Program-made: the position numbers and the translations under genes | Notes under the pieces: generated by a model | Database searches by the model: none | What the model saw: only the letters and a program-made list of their open reading frames with translations | Told to the model about the DNA's origin: nothing | Assembly (NCBI GenBank): GCA_963775185.1 | Contig: CAVZIE010000032.1 | Span: 502,705-566,704, forward strand | DNA: 64,000 nucleotides | Direction: 5' to 3' | Source of the DNA: an uncultured delta proteobacterium | Lineage (GTDB): Bacteria > Myxococcota_A > Polyangia > Polyangiales > Polyangiaceae | Shown here: positions 30,127 to 39,496 of the stretch, one piece after another | Position numbering within the stretch: position 1 is the stretch's first letter | Layout of the letters: every line of letters begins with the position of its first letter

Positions 30127-30145
30127 GCAGAACCCATTGAAACGC

Positions 30146-30602
30146 CTAGGGCGCCGAACACACGTGCGTCTCGCCGAGGCACGCGGCGTCCAGCTTCTCG
30201 GCCTCGGTCGGGCACGGCGGCGAGGGAGCCGGTTCGCCGACGGCAGCGACACACTTGACCCAATCGGCGAACGCCGTCCGGCACGCCGCCTCGTCGCTCG
30301 CGGGCGCCCGCACCGCGAGCACGCTATCGAGCGTGCCGGTGCAGGTCGGCTGCCAGTCGTAGGGCACGCTCGCGCACTCGGGCGCGATGGGAATGTCCTC
30401 GCAGCTGCAGCGTCCCCACATGCCGGAGCTCGTGCACGAGCGTGTGCCCTCGATGGCAATCGCCAATCGCCAGCACTCGCCGCAGCCTTGGTACTCGCAG
30501 CCGAGCTCGCCGCAGGAGCCCGCGTCTCGCCGGCGGCGCAGTCGCTCGCGCTGTTGCTGCCGTACGCCGCTACGTCCGCCGCGAACACGAACGCAACGAG
30601 CA
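30146..30602 (-). CDS. small Cys-rich secreted protein, apparent frameshift
   Basis: Signal peptide MAVLLVAFVFAADVAAYG in one frame and a Cys-rich mature part in ORF 30146..30640. Flanked by 24-bp direct repeats. Weak call. Confidence 0.3.
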
Positions 30603-30918
30603 ACACCGCCATCCCACCCCGCACAGTGCGATCGTAGCACGCGCTTCCGTGCCGAACCGGCAACCAGCCGGCGCTACTCCAGGCGGTAGCCGGAGAGCGA
30701 CTCGCAGTTGATCGGCCCGGCTTCGCTGCATCGCGTGGGTTGCCCGTAGCAGTCGGGACGCCACTCGCACCCGCCGGTGCAATCGCGCTCGGCGACGACG
30801 AGGCCGTCGAGCACATCTGGCTCACGCCCGCGGAAGCCGAGCGCGCCGAGCGCCGCGCCGTCGAAGCACGGGGTGCGCGAGCTCGAAGGCAAGCTGGGAC
30901 AAGCGAAGTAGGGGAGGG

Positions 30919-30939
30919 TTGCCGGTCCGGCGCGGAACC
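30919..30939 (-). repeat. 21-bp GC-rich element copy (ttgccggtccggcgcggaacc)
   Basis: Intergenic, repeat-dense region 30640..31100. Confidence 0.7.
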
Positions 30940-30963
30940 GCGCGGGCAGTCCGCCGGCACTGG

Positions 30964-30991
30964 AACCAACTTGCCCCGGGGCCAGTTCGCG
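30964..30991 (+). repeat. 24-bp direct repeat, copy 2
   Basis: Followed by an unusually AT-rich stretch (cacataagttattgatattcc). Confidence 0.55.
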
Positions 30992-31020
30992 GCACATAAG
31001 TTATTGATATTCCTTGCGCG

Positions 31021-31041
31021 GGATTCCGCGCCGGACCGGCA
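31021..31041 (+). repeat. 21-bp GC-rich element copy (ggattccgcgccggaccggca)
   Basis: Downstream of the flotillin stop. Confidence 0.7.
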
Positions 31042-31103
31042 GGCACCAAGGCCGGCGCGCCGCTTGCTCGCGACGGCCGGCCTTGGCCACTCTGGCGACG
31101 GAT

Positions 31104-32900
31104 TCAGCTCGCTTCTTCCAGCACCTCCTCGTCCTCGACGACGAGCGCGGAGTCGTCGCGCTTCGGCGCGAGCTTCTCGGCGACGCTCGCGGCGACCTTC
31201 TCCAGGTTGTCCTTCAGCTCGCTCGCCGCGGTGACGGTGCTCTCGTCGAGCGCCGCCATGAAGCCGCCGAGGCCGCGGGCCACGCTCTGGCCCTTGAGGA
31301 ACGACTCGTTCATCTTGGCGACGTCGGCGGGCGTGCCGAACAGGTTCGCCTCGACGCGGCTGAAGAGCGTCGCGCTCGCGTTGGCGATGGCGACGCGGAC
31401 CTCCTTTTCCGCGGCGATGCGCAGCTGGGCGATCTCGAAGTCCTGGGCGACCCGGCCGTGCTCCTCGCGCGCTTCGAGCTCGGGCTTGACGACCGTCTCG
31501 AGCCGCTCGCGATCGAGCGCGACCTGGGCCTTCTGGACCTCCACCGGAACCATGGCGTTCGCCTTGGCGCCGTCGGCGTGCTGGCGCGCGGCTTCCGCTT
31601 CAGCCTGGGCCTTCGTGCGAACGGCCACGGCTTCGGCGTCCGCCGAGAGCTTGCGCGCCTCCGCTTGCGTGCGAAGCGCGTAGGCCTCGGCGTCGGCCTT
31701 GCGCTGCTCGCCGACGAAGCGCTGTTCGGCCAGCGCCTCGGCGTCGATGACCTGCTTCTGCTTCGCCCTCTGTGCCTCCTCGGTGACGCGCACCGTTGCA
31801 ATGGCCTGCAGCGCCTTCTCGCGCTCGGCTTCGGCCTCGTGCAGCTCGCGCTCGGCAGCGGCCCGCTTCTTCTCGGCGCGCGCGATCTGCTCCTGCTTCT
31901 CGCGCTCGGCGACCTCGACGGCTTGCTGCTGCATGCGCGCGGCCAGCTCGATGGCCTTGTGCTTCTCGACGTTGGCCAGCTCCACCTGACGTTCGGCGAC
32001 CAGGCGCCGCTCCTGGGCCTCGCGGGTCGCGTCCGCTTCCGCCGTCGCGATCAGCGCCGCCTGGCGCGCCTCGGCTTCGCGCTGCGCGCGCTCGTACTCG
32101 AGCAGCTCTTGTCGCGTCATCACATCCTGCTCCTTCCGGGCCTGCTCGCCGGCACGCACCAAGCGGTTCCTCTCGGTGAGGTTCAGCTGGGTGATCTCGG
32201 CGATCTTCCGCCGGCCCTGGGCATCGAAGATGTTCTCCGCTTTCAGGAACTGCTCGTCCGTCTGGTCGAGCTTGCTGATGGTGGCGGTCTCGAGAATGAG
32301 ACCGTTCGAGCGCAGATCCTCCGTGACCAGGCGCGTGACCTCCGCGAGGAAGTCGTCGCGCTCGCTGTTCAACTGCTCGAGGGTCTTGCTCGCGGCCGCG
32401 GTACGCAGCGCGCTCACCAATTTGTCCTCGATCAGCTCCTTGACGGCGCTCGCGCTGCTCATGCGCTCGCCGAGTGAACGCGACGCCTGCAGGATGGATT
32501 CGCGCTCGGGTTGCACGCGCACGAAGAACTCCGCGCAGATGTCCGCGCGTAGCTTGTCGTGGGTGATCAGCGCATCGGTCGCGGCTCGCTCCACTTCCAT
32601 CTTGATGGTCTCGAGCGAGACCTTCATCAGCTCGTGGATGAACGGCACCACGACGGCGCCGCCGTCGCGGATGACCTTGACACCGCCGGCGCCGGTCCGC
32701 ACGAACGCCTCGGAGGCCTTGGTGCGGTGGTACAGGCGCGTCACCACCAGCAGGATGCCGACCAGGACGAACAACGCGATGCCGGACGCGGTCATCAGGA
32801 TGCTCGATCCCGCGGACAACGCGTGACCGGCAACGCCGGCCACGACGGGAGCCGCAACGAGCAACGCCGCCAGTGCACACAAGAGCAGGATCGTCATCAC
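31104..32900 (-). CDS. flotillin / SPFH (band 7) domain protein
   Basis: N-terminal TM segment, SPFH domain and a long Ala/Glu/Arg/Gln coiled-coil (YqiK-like). Confidence 0.8.
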   Translation of the reverse strand: MMTILLLCALAALLVAAPVVAGVAGHALSAGSSILMTASGIALFVLVGILLVVTRLYHRTKASEAFVRTGAGGVKVIRDGGAVVVPFIHELMKVSLETIKMEVERAATDALITHDKLRADICAEFFVRVQPERESILQASRSLGERMSSASAVKELIEDKLVSALRTAAASKTLEQLNSERDDFLAEVTRLVTEDLRSNGLILETATISKLDQTDEQFLKAENIFDAQGRRKIAEITQLNLTERNRLVRAGEQARKEQDVMTRQELLEYERAQREAEARQAALIATAEADATREAQERRLVAERQVELANVEKHKAIELAARMQQQAVEVAEREKQEQIARAEKKRAAAERELHEAEAEREKALQAIATVRVTEEAQRAKQKQVIDAEALAEQRFVGEQRKADAEAYALRTQAEARKLSADAEAVAVRTKAQAEAEAARQHADGAKANAMVPVEVQKAQVALDRERLETVVKPELEAREEHGRVAQDFEIAQLRIAAEKEVRVAIANASATLFSRVEANLFGTPADVAKMNESFLKGQSVARGLGGFMAALDESTVTAASELKDNLEKVAASVAEKLAPKRDDSALVVEDEEVLEEAS

Positions 32901-32930
32901 ACACCTTCTTTCATCGGTTCGGTCACGGGG

Positions 32931-33599
32931 TTACGGACAAAGAAACTTCTCGACGGTGTACTCGTCGCGGTCGTTGTCGTAGTCGACGACCAGCAGCGAC
33001 TCGCCCTTGGCGATGCGCGCGTCGCTGCGGCAGCGGATCTTCATCAGCGAGCCGCCGGGATCGGTGACGTTCGCCAGGCCGAAGCCCGCGTCGATGTCGA
33101 GCTCGGCGCGGCCGAGCTGGCCGATCAGATCCTCGCGCCGGCTGGCGTACGTCTCCGTGGTGGGTAGCACCCGCGCGACGCCCCGCGCCACGAGCCCTGT
33201 GCCGACCAGCGTGATCGCCAGGGCGAGCGCGACGTTCACCAGGCCGGCGTCGATCAGGGTGTTCAGACACAGCCCGGCGCCACCGAACAGCAAGAGCGCG
33301 ACCATCACCAGGATCGACAGCGGCACGCGTCCGAAGCCGATCAGCCCGAGCAGGGTGGCCGCCACGTCCGTGTCGGCGTCCGCGTCGGCGTCGAGATCCG
33401 CATCGGCGTCGAGATCCGCGTCGGCGTCGAGATCCGCGTCGGCGTCGAGATCCGCGTCGGCGTCGAGATCCGCGTCGGCGTCGAGATCCGCGTCGGCGTC
33501 GAGCCCGGCGAGGCCCATCGCGTTGCCCACGACGAGCACGGCGCCGAGCGCCGTCGGGATCACGAACACCAGGCTCTGCCACTCGAGGAAACCAGCCAT
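32931..33599 (-). CDS. NfeD/YqiJ-like membrane protein with a (DADADL)n insert
   Basis: Sits immediately upstream of the flotillin gene, the typical yqiJ-yqiK arrangement. TM helices and a C-terminal OB-fold-like region. Contains an 18-bp tandem repeat array. Confidence 0.6.
   Translation of the reverse strand: MAGFLEWQSLVFVIPTALGAVLVVGNAMGLAGLDADADLDADADLDADADLDADADLDADADLDADADLDADADADTDVAATLLGLIGFGRVPLSILVMVALLLFGGAGLCLNTLIDAGLVNVALALAITLVGTGLVARGVARVLPTTETYASRREDLIGQLGRAELDIDAGFGLANVTDPGGSLMKIRCRSDARIAKGESLLVVDYDNDRDEYTVEKFLCP
33370..33515 (-). repeat. 18-bp coding tandem repeat x8 (gatctcgacgccgacgcg; encodes DADADL)
   Basis: Near-perfect copies inside the NfeD/YqiJ-like gene. Confidence 0.7.
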
Positions 33600-33741
33600 G
33601 ACCAGGGACTCCACGCGCCCCTGGTGCGAGGCGCGTGCCGGCTGGAAAACCACGACAAACCCGCAGTGGAGGGGAGGGTTGCTGGTCAGGAGCGGTATCT
33701 AGCCTATGCGAAATACAGCAGCGTGCTGTATTCAAGAGCAT

Positions 33742-35019
33742 ATGAGCCGCCTTCGACTGCTACCCCTCGCGGCGCGCGTGATCGAGAACCCGTTCGGACG
33801 CGGTTGGCACGCAGCTGCGCGCCGGCTCGGCGCGGTCGACGCGCGCGCGGAGCTGTCGGCGCTGGCGCGCACGCCGGCCGACGCGGAGATCGTGCTGCTC
33901 GGCGTGCTCCACGTCGCCTCGCGGCGCGACCCGGAGGCGGCGCACCGAATCGCCTCGCGCGTTCCGCGCACCGTCGCCGAGCGGCTGCCACGCCCGGTCC
34001 CGGCGTACCTGCGGATGGCGCTGGCCGCCGGCCGTTGCTGGACGGCGCTGGCGTCGCTGCACGGCGACTCGCCGGCGATGCAAGACGTCCGGCGCCGGAC
34101 ATGGAGCGCGTGCTTCGGCCAGTCGCTGCTGCGCGCGATCGAGCTCGAGCGCGTGATCCGCGATCACGACGTGCTGATCACGGGCGAGACGGGCACCGGC
34201 AAGGAAGCCGTGGCGACCGCCATCCAGTCGGGCACGCCGGGGGACGCCACGGGCTCGCCCGCACCGAGCGCAGCGCTCAACGCCGCGGCGATACCGGAGC
34301 CGCTGGTCGAGAGCGAGCTGTTCGGGCACGTGCGCGGCGCGTTCACCGGCGCCACCAGCGATCGCCCAGGGCGCCTGCGCTCGGCGGCCGGCGGCTGCTT
34401 CTTCCTCGACGAGGTGGGCGATCTGCCGCCGACGGCGCAGGCCAAGCTCTTGCGCGTGATGGAGACGAACCGCGTGAGCCCGGTCGGATCGGATCGCGAG
34501 AGTGACGCGGATGTTCGCTACGTTGCCGCGACGCACCGCGATCTCGACGCGATGGTCGAGGCCGGCGCGTTCCGCCGCGATCTGCAGCAACGCCTGGCCG
34601 GGGTCGTGATCGCGATCCCGCCGCTCCGCGACCGGCCGGAGGACATCGCCGCCATCGGGATGGCGTTCGTCGCCGGACAGGTGCCGGGTGATCATCGCCA
34701 TATCGCCCGCTTCCTCGCCAGCGACGCCGCGCGCCGCTACGCGTGGCCGGGCAACGTGCGCGAGCTCGACAACGCGCTCCGCAACCTGATGCTCGGGCTC
34801 GAGCCGGGCATCGCGGACGCGACGCGGGGTTCCGCGCCGAACCGGCATTCCCAGCCAGAGGACGTCGATCCGCGGGTGGCCGCGGGCACGGCGACGCTGG
34901 GCGAGACCACGGCCTGGTACGTGCGGCGCGCGCTCGAGGCGCACGACGGCAACATGGCCGCCACCGCGCGCGCGCTCGGCGTCGATCGCGCGACGGTGAA
35001 GCGCCACGCCGCGGGGTGA
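33742..35019 (+). CDS. sigma-54-dependent transcriptional activator (AAA+ enhancer-binding protein)
   Basis: Walker A GETGTGKE, the GAFTGA loop (HVRGAFTGA), an arginine finger and a C-terminal HTH. No receiver domain. Confidence 0.8.
   Translation: MSRLRLLPLAARVIENPFGRGWHAAARRLGAVDARAELSALARTPADAEIVLLGVLHVASRRDPEAAHRIASRVPRTVAERLPRPVPAYLRMALAAGRCWTALASLHGDSPAMQDVRRRTWSACFGQSLLRAIELERVIRDHDVLITGETGTGKEAVATAIQSGTPGDATGSPAPSAALNAAAIPEPLVESELFGHVRGAFTGATSDRPGRLRSAAGGCFFLDEVGDLPPTAQAKLLRVMETNRVSPVGSDRESDADVRYVAATHRDLDAMVEAGAFRRDLQQRLAGVVIAIPPLRDRPEDIAAIGMAFVAGQVPGDHRHIARFLASDAARRYAWPGNVRELDNALRNLMLGLEPGIADATRGSAPNRHSQPEDVDPRVAAGTATLGETTAWYVRRALEAHDGNMAATARALGVDRATVKRHAAG
34828..34847 (+). repeat. 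degenerate 21-bp element copy inside the sigma-54 activator gene (ggttccgcgccgaaccggca)
   Basis: One mismatch; lies in the linker coding region between the AAA+ and HTH domains. Confidence 0.45.
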
Positions 35020-35034
35020 CGCCGTGCCGCGAGC

Positions 35035-35685
35035 TCAGGCGCCGAGGCAGGCGTAGAGCGCGGTGTACTGCGCCTCGCAGCCGGTCACGATCACCTGGCC
35101 GCCGGCGTTGCACGCCAGCGGGTACGGCGAACCGAGCGCGGTCGCACAGGCGATGACCGCGTTGTACTGGGCGGCGCAGGCGCTGGTGGTGATAGAGTTG
35201 CAACCCGTCTCGCAGTCGGCCTCGGTCTTCGGGCCGTTGGTGCAGCCGACGGCGACGACCTGGGGACACACGCTCACGCAGTCGTAGCCTCCGGACCCGC
35301 CGGAGCCGCCGGACCCGCCGGACCCGCCGCTGCCGCCCGCACCGCCGCTGCCACCGACGCAGGCATACAGCGACTGGCCCTGCGCTTCGCAGCCGGCGAC
35401 CGTGGCGTTGCCCGAGATGTCGCACGTCCAGCTCGGGCTCGAGCCAGCGCAGGTCAAGAGCCCGTTGTACTGGGTTGCGCAGGCGCTGGTGCGAACCGCG
35501 CTACAACCTTGCTCGCAGTCGGCCTCGCTCACCGGCCCGCCTTGGCAGTGTGCAGCGACCACACCGGGGCAGATGTCGGCGCACGACTGGCCCCCGCCGC
35601 CCGAGCTACTGCTGCTGCACGCCGCGAGCAGAAGGGCCACCGCCGCGAACGACCAGATGCGTGCTGCTGCCATGCCGCCGAGCAT
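35035..35685 (-). CDS. lipoprotein with an internally duplicated Cys-containing domain
   Basis: Lipobox LLLAAC; two roughly 85-aa tandem copies separated by a (GGS)n linker. Confidence 0.5.
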   Translation of the reverse strand: MLGGMAAARIWSFAAVALLLAACSSSSSGGGGQSCADICPGVVAAHCQGGPVSEADCEQGCSAVRTSACATQYNGLLTCAGSSPSWTCDISGNATVAGCEAQGQSLYACVGGSGGAGGSGGSGGSGGSGGSGGYDCVSVCPQVVAVGCTNGPKTEADCETGCNSITTSACAAQYNAVIACATALGSPYPLACNAGGQVIVTGCEAQYTALYACLGA

Positions 35686-35706
35686 ACACGAGACGTCGCA
35701 GGATGG

Positions 35707-36378
35707 TCACTCGCGCGTGGCTTCGATGATCAGCGCCGGCGTGCCGGGGATGCGCCGCACGTCGGCGCTCGCGACGGGCAGTCCGCCGACCAGCGCCCGG
35801 GCGTCGTCCAGATCCAGGGAACGGCCCGCCACCAGTGTCCGGAACAAGCCGAGCAGCAGCGGGCGCGCGATCGGTGCGACCCGCCAGCGCGAGACGAAGC
35901 GCTTCGCGTCCTCGAAGGTGCAGCCGCGATCGGCTTCAACCACGACCAGCAGGCCGCCGGGGGCGAGCACCCGCGTGCACTCCGACAGGCCACGCGCGGG
36001 ATCCGGCCAGTGCTTGATCGAGGCGACGCTGATCACGACGTCGAAGCGCGCGTCCGGGAACGGCAGATCGAGGGCCGAGCCCTGGATGAACGTCACGCGC
36101 GGCGACAGCGGCGCGGCGCGCCGGCGCGCGCGACCGATCTGCTCGTGCGACAGATCGAGGCCGACGTAGCGGAGATCGGTGCGCCGGGTGGCGAGATCGA
36201 CGGCGAGCTGCCCTCCGCCGCAGCCCACCTCCAGCGCCTCGCCGCCGGCCGGGACGCGGGCGAGGAACGGCTCGACCACCGCGTCCTTCATGCCGACCAC
36301 GGCCGGCGCGATCACGCGGTCGTACACCCAGGATTCCAACGCCGTGTACGGCGCGGTGAAATCCCGCACGGTGCCCAT
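35707..36378 (-). CDS. class I SAM-dependent methyltransferase
   Basis: Motif I LEVGCGGG; C-terminal 223 aa of ORF 35707..36969. Confidence 0.75.
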   Translation of the reverse strand: MGTVRDFTAPYTALESWVYDRVIAPAVVGMKDAVVEPFLARVPAGGEALEVGCGGGQLAVDLATRRTDLRYVGLDLSHEQIGRARRRAAPLSPRVTFIQGSALDLPFPDARFDVVISVASIKHWPDPARGLSECTRVLAPGGLLVVVEADRGCTFEDAKRFVSRWRVAPIARPLLLGLFRTLVAGRSLDLDDARALVGGLPVASADVRRIPGTPALIIEATRE

Positions 36379-37262
36379 CAGCTCGAGCCCTCGGTGGCCT
36401 CTTCGTGTCGCTTGCGGCGCCGCCGCTCGAACAGCCACAGTGATCCCAGGAAGCCGCCGAGCACAATCACGGTCAGCGCGCCGCCGAGACTCATGACCTT
36501 GCTGGCGACCAGGGAGTAGTTGCCCTCCTTGGGGTCGTAGGCGCAGCAGAAGAGCAGGATCTTGTCGATGGTCGTACCGATCTTGCCCTGGGACGACTCG
36601 ACCAGCCCGAGGCGTAGCGTCTGCGGGTTGAACTGGATGCCGTACATGTAGCGCGCGATGACGCCCTTGGGCGTCGCCATCGCGATGACGGCGGGGTGGT
36701 AGTACTGCTTCTTCTCCGGGTCGTAGTTGTACGAGAAGCCGATCGCCTTCGCGAGCTTGTGTACGTCGGCGTCGGTGCCGCGCAGGAACTGCCAGCCGGC
36801 GTCCGCACCAGGGCGGCCGTACAGGCGCAGGTAGCGGGCGCGGGTGCGCGTGGAAAGCTCGTTCGACTCGGTCGGGTCGAGGCTGACCGTCAGCACGCGG
36901 AACTGATCGCCGGCGCGCCACTCGAGCTGCTTCATGCCCTTGGCGAGCCCGGTGAGCTCGAGGCTGCACAGCATCGGACAGTTCGAGTAGTTGAGCGTGA
37001 TGATGACCGGGTGTTTGCCGTCGAAATAGTCGCGCAGCTTGACCGCGCGCCCGGTGTTGTCCTTGAACGGCAGATCCAGCGGCAGCGCGCTGCCGAGGTG
37101 CTCGGTAACGGCGACGCCGTGGAGCTGCTGGGGCCCGCGTTCCGTGCGATCGCCGATCTGGCTGTCCTTTACGGGGGCGGCCTGGGCCGGCGCCGCGAAC
37201 GGCGCGACGATCAGCGCCGCGAGCAACGCGACGAACAGCGAGACCGGGACACGAGACTTCAT
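36378..37262 (-). CDS. SCO1/SenC-family copper chaperone
   Basis: Signal peptide, the CPMLC (CxxxC) motif and a conserved His; C-terminal TM helix. Confidence 0.8.
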   Translation of the reverse strand: MKSRVPVSLFVALLAALIVAPFAAPAQAAPVKDSQIGDRTERGPQQLHGVAVTEHLGSALPLDLPFKDNTGRAVKLRDYFDGKHPVIITLNYSNCPMLCSLELTGLAKGMKQLEWRAGDQFRVLTVSLDPTESNELSTRTRARYLRLYGRPGADAGWQFLRGTDADVHKLAKAIGFSYNYDPEKKQYYHPAVIAMATPKGVIARYMYGIQFNPQTLRLGLVESSQGKIGTTIDKILLFCCAYDPKEGNYSLVASKVMSLGGALTVIVLGGFLGSLWLFERRRRKRHEEATEGSS

Positions 37263-37296
37263 CGCGGCGCGGAGCCTAGCACCGGCGCCGCGGATT

Positions 37297-38391
37297 TCAT
37301 TGTCCGCGCGCACGACGCAGGATGACCTCCAGAACGCCGTCGAATGCGTCCCGCATCGCCCACGCCTGCGCGTCCACGTCGGAGAGCTTCTGCGCGTGCT
37401 TCCGGCCCGCGGTCAGCGCCTTTTTCGGACCGCTGCACGCGCGCGGGAGCTTGGACTCGAGGTCCTCCGCGGCGCCAGCGTAGATGTGGTAGCACGCCTC
37501 CACGTTGCCGTGGTTGTAGAGCGGCGCGCCAATCTTGATCGCGTCGCCGATGCTGTGGACGATGAGCGCGACCGCCTCGGGGCTACAGCCGTCGAGGATC
37601 TCCACGGGGTGATGCGGCACATGTCGGGTGATCGGGGCGCGCGCGGGCTCGAGCGCCGCCATCGCCGCGGCGAACAGCATCATCGACACCGGCTGCGGGT
37701 GGTCGATGAGCTCCTGAACGTACTTCACCGGCAGCGCGAAATTCAGGTTCTGTCCGCCGCGCAGGATCGCCGTGGCCACGCCGATCACCTCGCCGCGATC
37801 GTTGAACAGCGGACCACCGGATGAGCCGGGCGCGATCGGCGCGGAGATCTGCAGCACCTCCAGACCGTCGTCGACGTGACGGACGGCGCTGACCAGGCCG
37901 TTCGACACCGTGTCCTCGAGCCCGAGCGGGTGACCGATGGCGACCACGGTGTCGCCCGGCCGGACCTTGTCGCTGTTGCCGAGGGCGAGCACCGGCAGGT
38001 GCCGGGCGTCTACGCGAAGGATCGCGAGATCGTGCGAGCGGCTCGCGTTCATGATCTCGATCACCGGCAGCTCGTGCTTGTTGGCGAACACGACCACGAT
38101 GCGGCGCGCGCCGTTGATGACGTGGAAGTTGGTCGCGATCCAGCCGTCCTCCCGCACCACGAAGCCGCTGCCGAGCCCCTCGGGCGTCCGGACAGTGACC
38201 ACCGCCGGCGTCGAGTGCGCGGCGATGTCCGCCGGCGACTGCTGCGGAGGCGGGGGAGGGGCCGGGTTCTTGGGTGGGGTCGGCGCGGAAGCGACCGCAC
38301 CGGCCGCGCCAGCGCGCGTCCCCACGCCGCAGGCGAGGGGTCCGGCGGCAAGCGCCGGGACGACGACACAGATCAGCGGCCAGATCCTCAC
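37297..38391 (-). CDS. trypsin-like (S1/HtrA-type) serine protease lipoprotein
   Basis: Catalytic motifs TNFHVI, DLAIL and GSSGGPL; lipoprotein signal; non-PDZ C-terminal domain. Start uncertain. Confidence 0.7.
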   Translation of the reverse strand: MRIWPLICVVVPALAAGPLACGVGTRAGAAGAVASAPTPPKNPAPPPPPQQSPADIAAHSTPAVVTVRTPEGLGSGFVVREDGWIATNFHVINGARRIVVVFANKHELPVIEIMNASRSHDLAILRVDARHLPVLALGNSDKVRPGDTVVAIGHPLGLEDTVSNGLVSAVRHVDDGLEVLQISAPIAPGSSGGPLFNDRGEVIGVATAILRGGQNLNFALPVKYVQELIDHPQPVSMMLFAAAMAALEPARAPITRHVPHHPVEILDGCSPEAVALIVHSIGDAIKIGAPLYNHGNVEACYHIYAGAAEDLESKLPRACSGPKKALTAGRKHAQKLSDVDAQAWAMRDAFDGVLEVILRRARGQ

Positions 38392-38488
38392 GAGCCGATG
38401 CGCCAAGCCTAGCGCGTGCCGTCGCGTGGCGCGAGCCCGCCGCGCCGCGGTATAACCGCGCCGCGAAAGCCAGGAGATCCCCCGTTCG

Positions 38489-39484
38489 ATGACCAGGAAG
38501 CGCGTTTTCTCGGGCGTCCAGCCCACCGGCAAGCTCCACCTTGGAAACTACCTCGGGGCCCTGACCCAGTGGGTCGGCCTGCAGGACAGCTACGAGTGCA
38601 TCTTCTGCGTCGTGGATCTCCACGCCCTCACCGTGCCGGAGACGGTCGACCCCGAGGAGCTCAAGCGTCACGCGCGCCAGGTCGCCGCGCTGTACGTGGC
38701 GAGCGGCATCGATCCGGAGCGCTCCGCGATCTTCGTGCAGTCGCACGTGCGGGAGCACACGGAGCTGACCTGGATCCTCAACTGCGTCGCGCCGCTCGGC
38801 TGGCTCGAGCGCATGACGCAGTTCAAGAGCAAGAGCGAGCAGCGCGAGACCGTCGGCACCGGGTTGCTCGACTACCCGGTGCTGATGGCGTCGGACATCC
38901 TGCTCTACGACGCCGAGCTCGTCCCGGTCGGTGAAGACCAGAAGCAGCACGTGGAGTTCTGCCGCGATCTGGCGCAGCGCTTCAACGGACTGTTCGGCGG
39001 CGTGTTCACCATCCCCGGCGTGATGATGCCGAAGGTCGGCGCGCGCGTGATGGGTTTCGACGACCCGGAGCGCAAGATGAGCAAGAGCGTCGCGGAGACG
39101 AACCCGCGTCACGCCGTCGCCCTGCTCGACCCGCCGAAGGCGATCAAGAAGACGATCATGAGCGCGGTCACGGACTCGGGCTGCGAGTTCCGTTTCGATC
39201 AGGCGTCAGCCGGCGTCCGCAACTTGATCACGGTGCTCGAGGCGCTGTCCGGCGAGTCGCGCGAGTCGATCGCGACACGCTTCGAAGGCCGCGGCTACGG
39301 CTATCTCAAGCAGGACGTGCTGGACGCCGTGATGGCGGCGCTCGAGCCGCTGCAGAAGCGCTACCACGAGATCGCCGACGATCCGGCGACGCTCGACGGT
39401 CTGCTCGCGCGGAGCGCGGACCGGGTGCGCCCGATCGCCGCGGCGACCATGCAGCGCGTGCGTGACGCGGTCGGCGTGGGTTGA
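38489..39484 (+). CDS. trpS: tryptophan--tRNA ligase
   Basis: HIGH-type motif (TGKLHLGNY), the KMSKS motif and overall TrpS architecture. Confidence 0.95.
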   Translation: MTRKRVFSGVQPTGKLHLGNYLGALTQWVGLQDSYECIFCVVDLHALTVPETVDPEELKRHARQVAALYVASGIDPERSAIFVQSHVREHTELTWILNCVAPLGWLERMTQFKSKSEQRETVGTGLLDYPVLMASDILLYDAELVPVGEDQKQHVEFCRDLAQRFNGLFGGVFTIPGVMMPKVGARVMGFDDPERKMSKSVAETNPRHAVALLDPPKAIKKTIMSAVTDSGCEFRFDQASAGVRNLITVLEALSGESRESIATRFEGRGYGYLKQDVLDAVMAALEPLQKRYHEIADDPATLDGLLARSADRVRPIAAATMQRVRDAVGVG

Positions 39485-39496
39485 GGCGACCCGGGC

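Noticed and set aside
30674-30997. 107-aa Cys-containing ORF
   Set aside because: Its N-terminal half is the translation of the 21-bp and 24-bp repeat elements (LPARFRAGPA...). It has no signal peptide or RBS and is probably not a gene.
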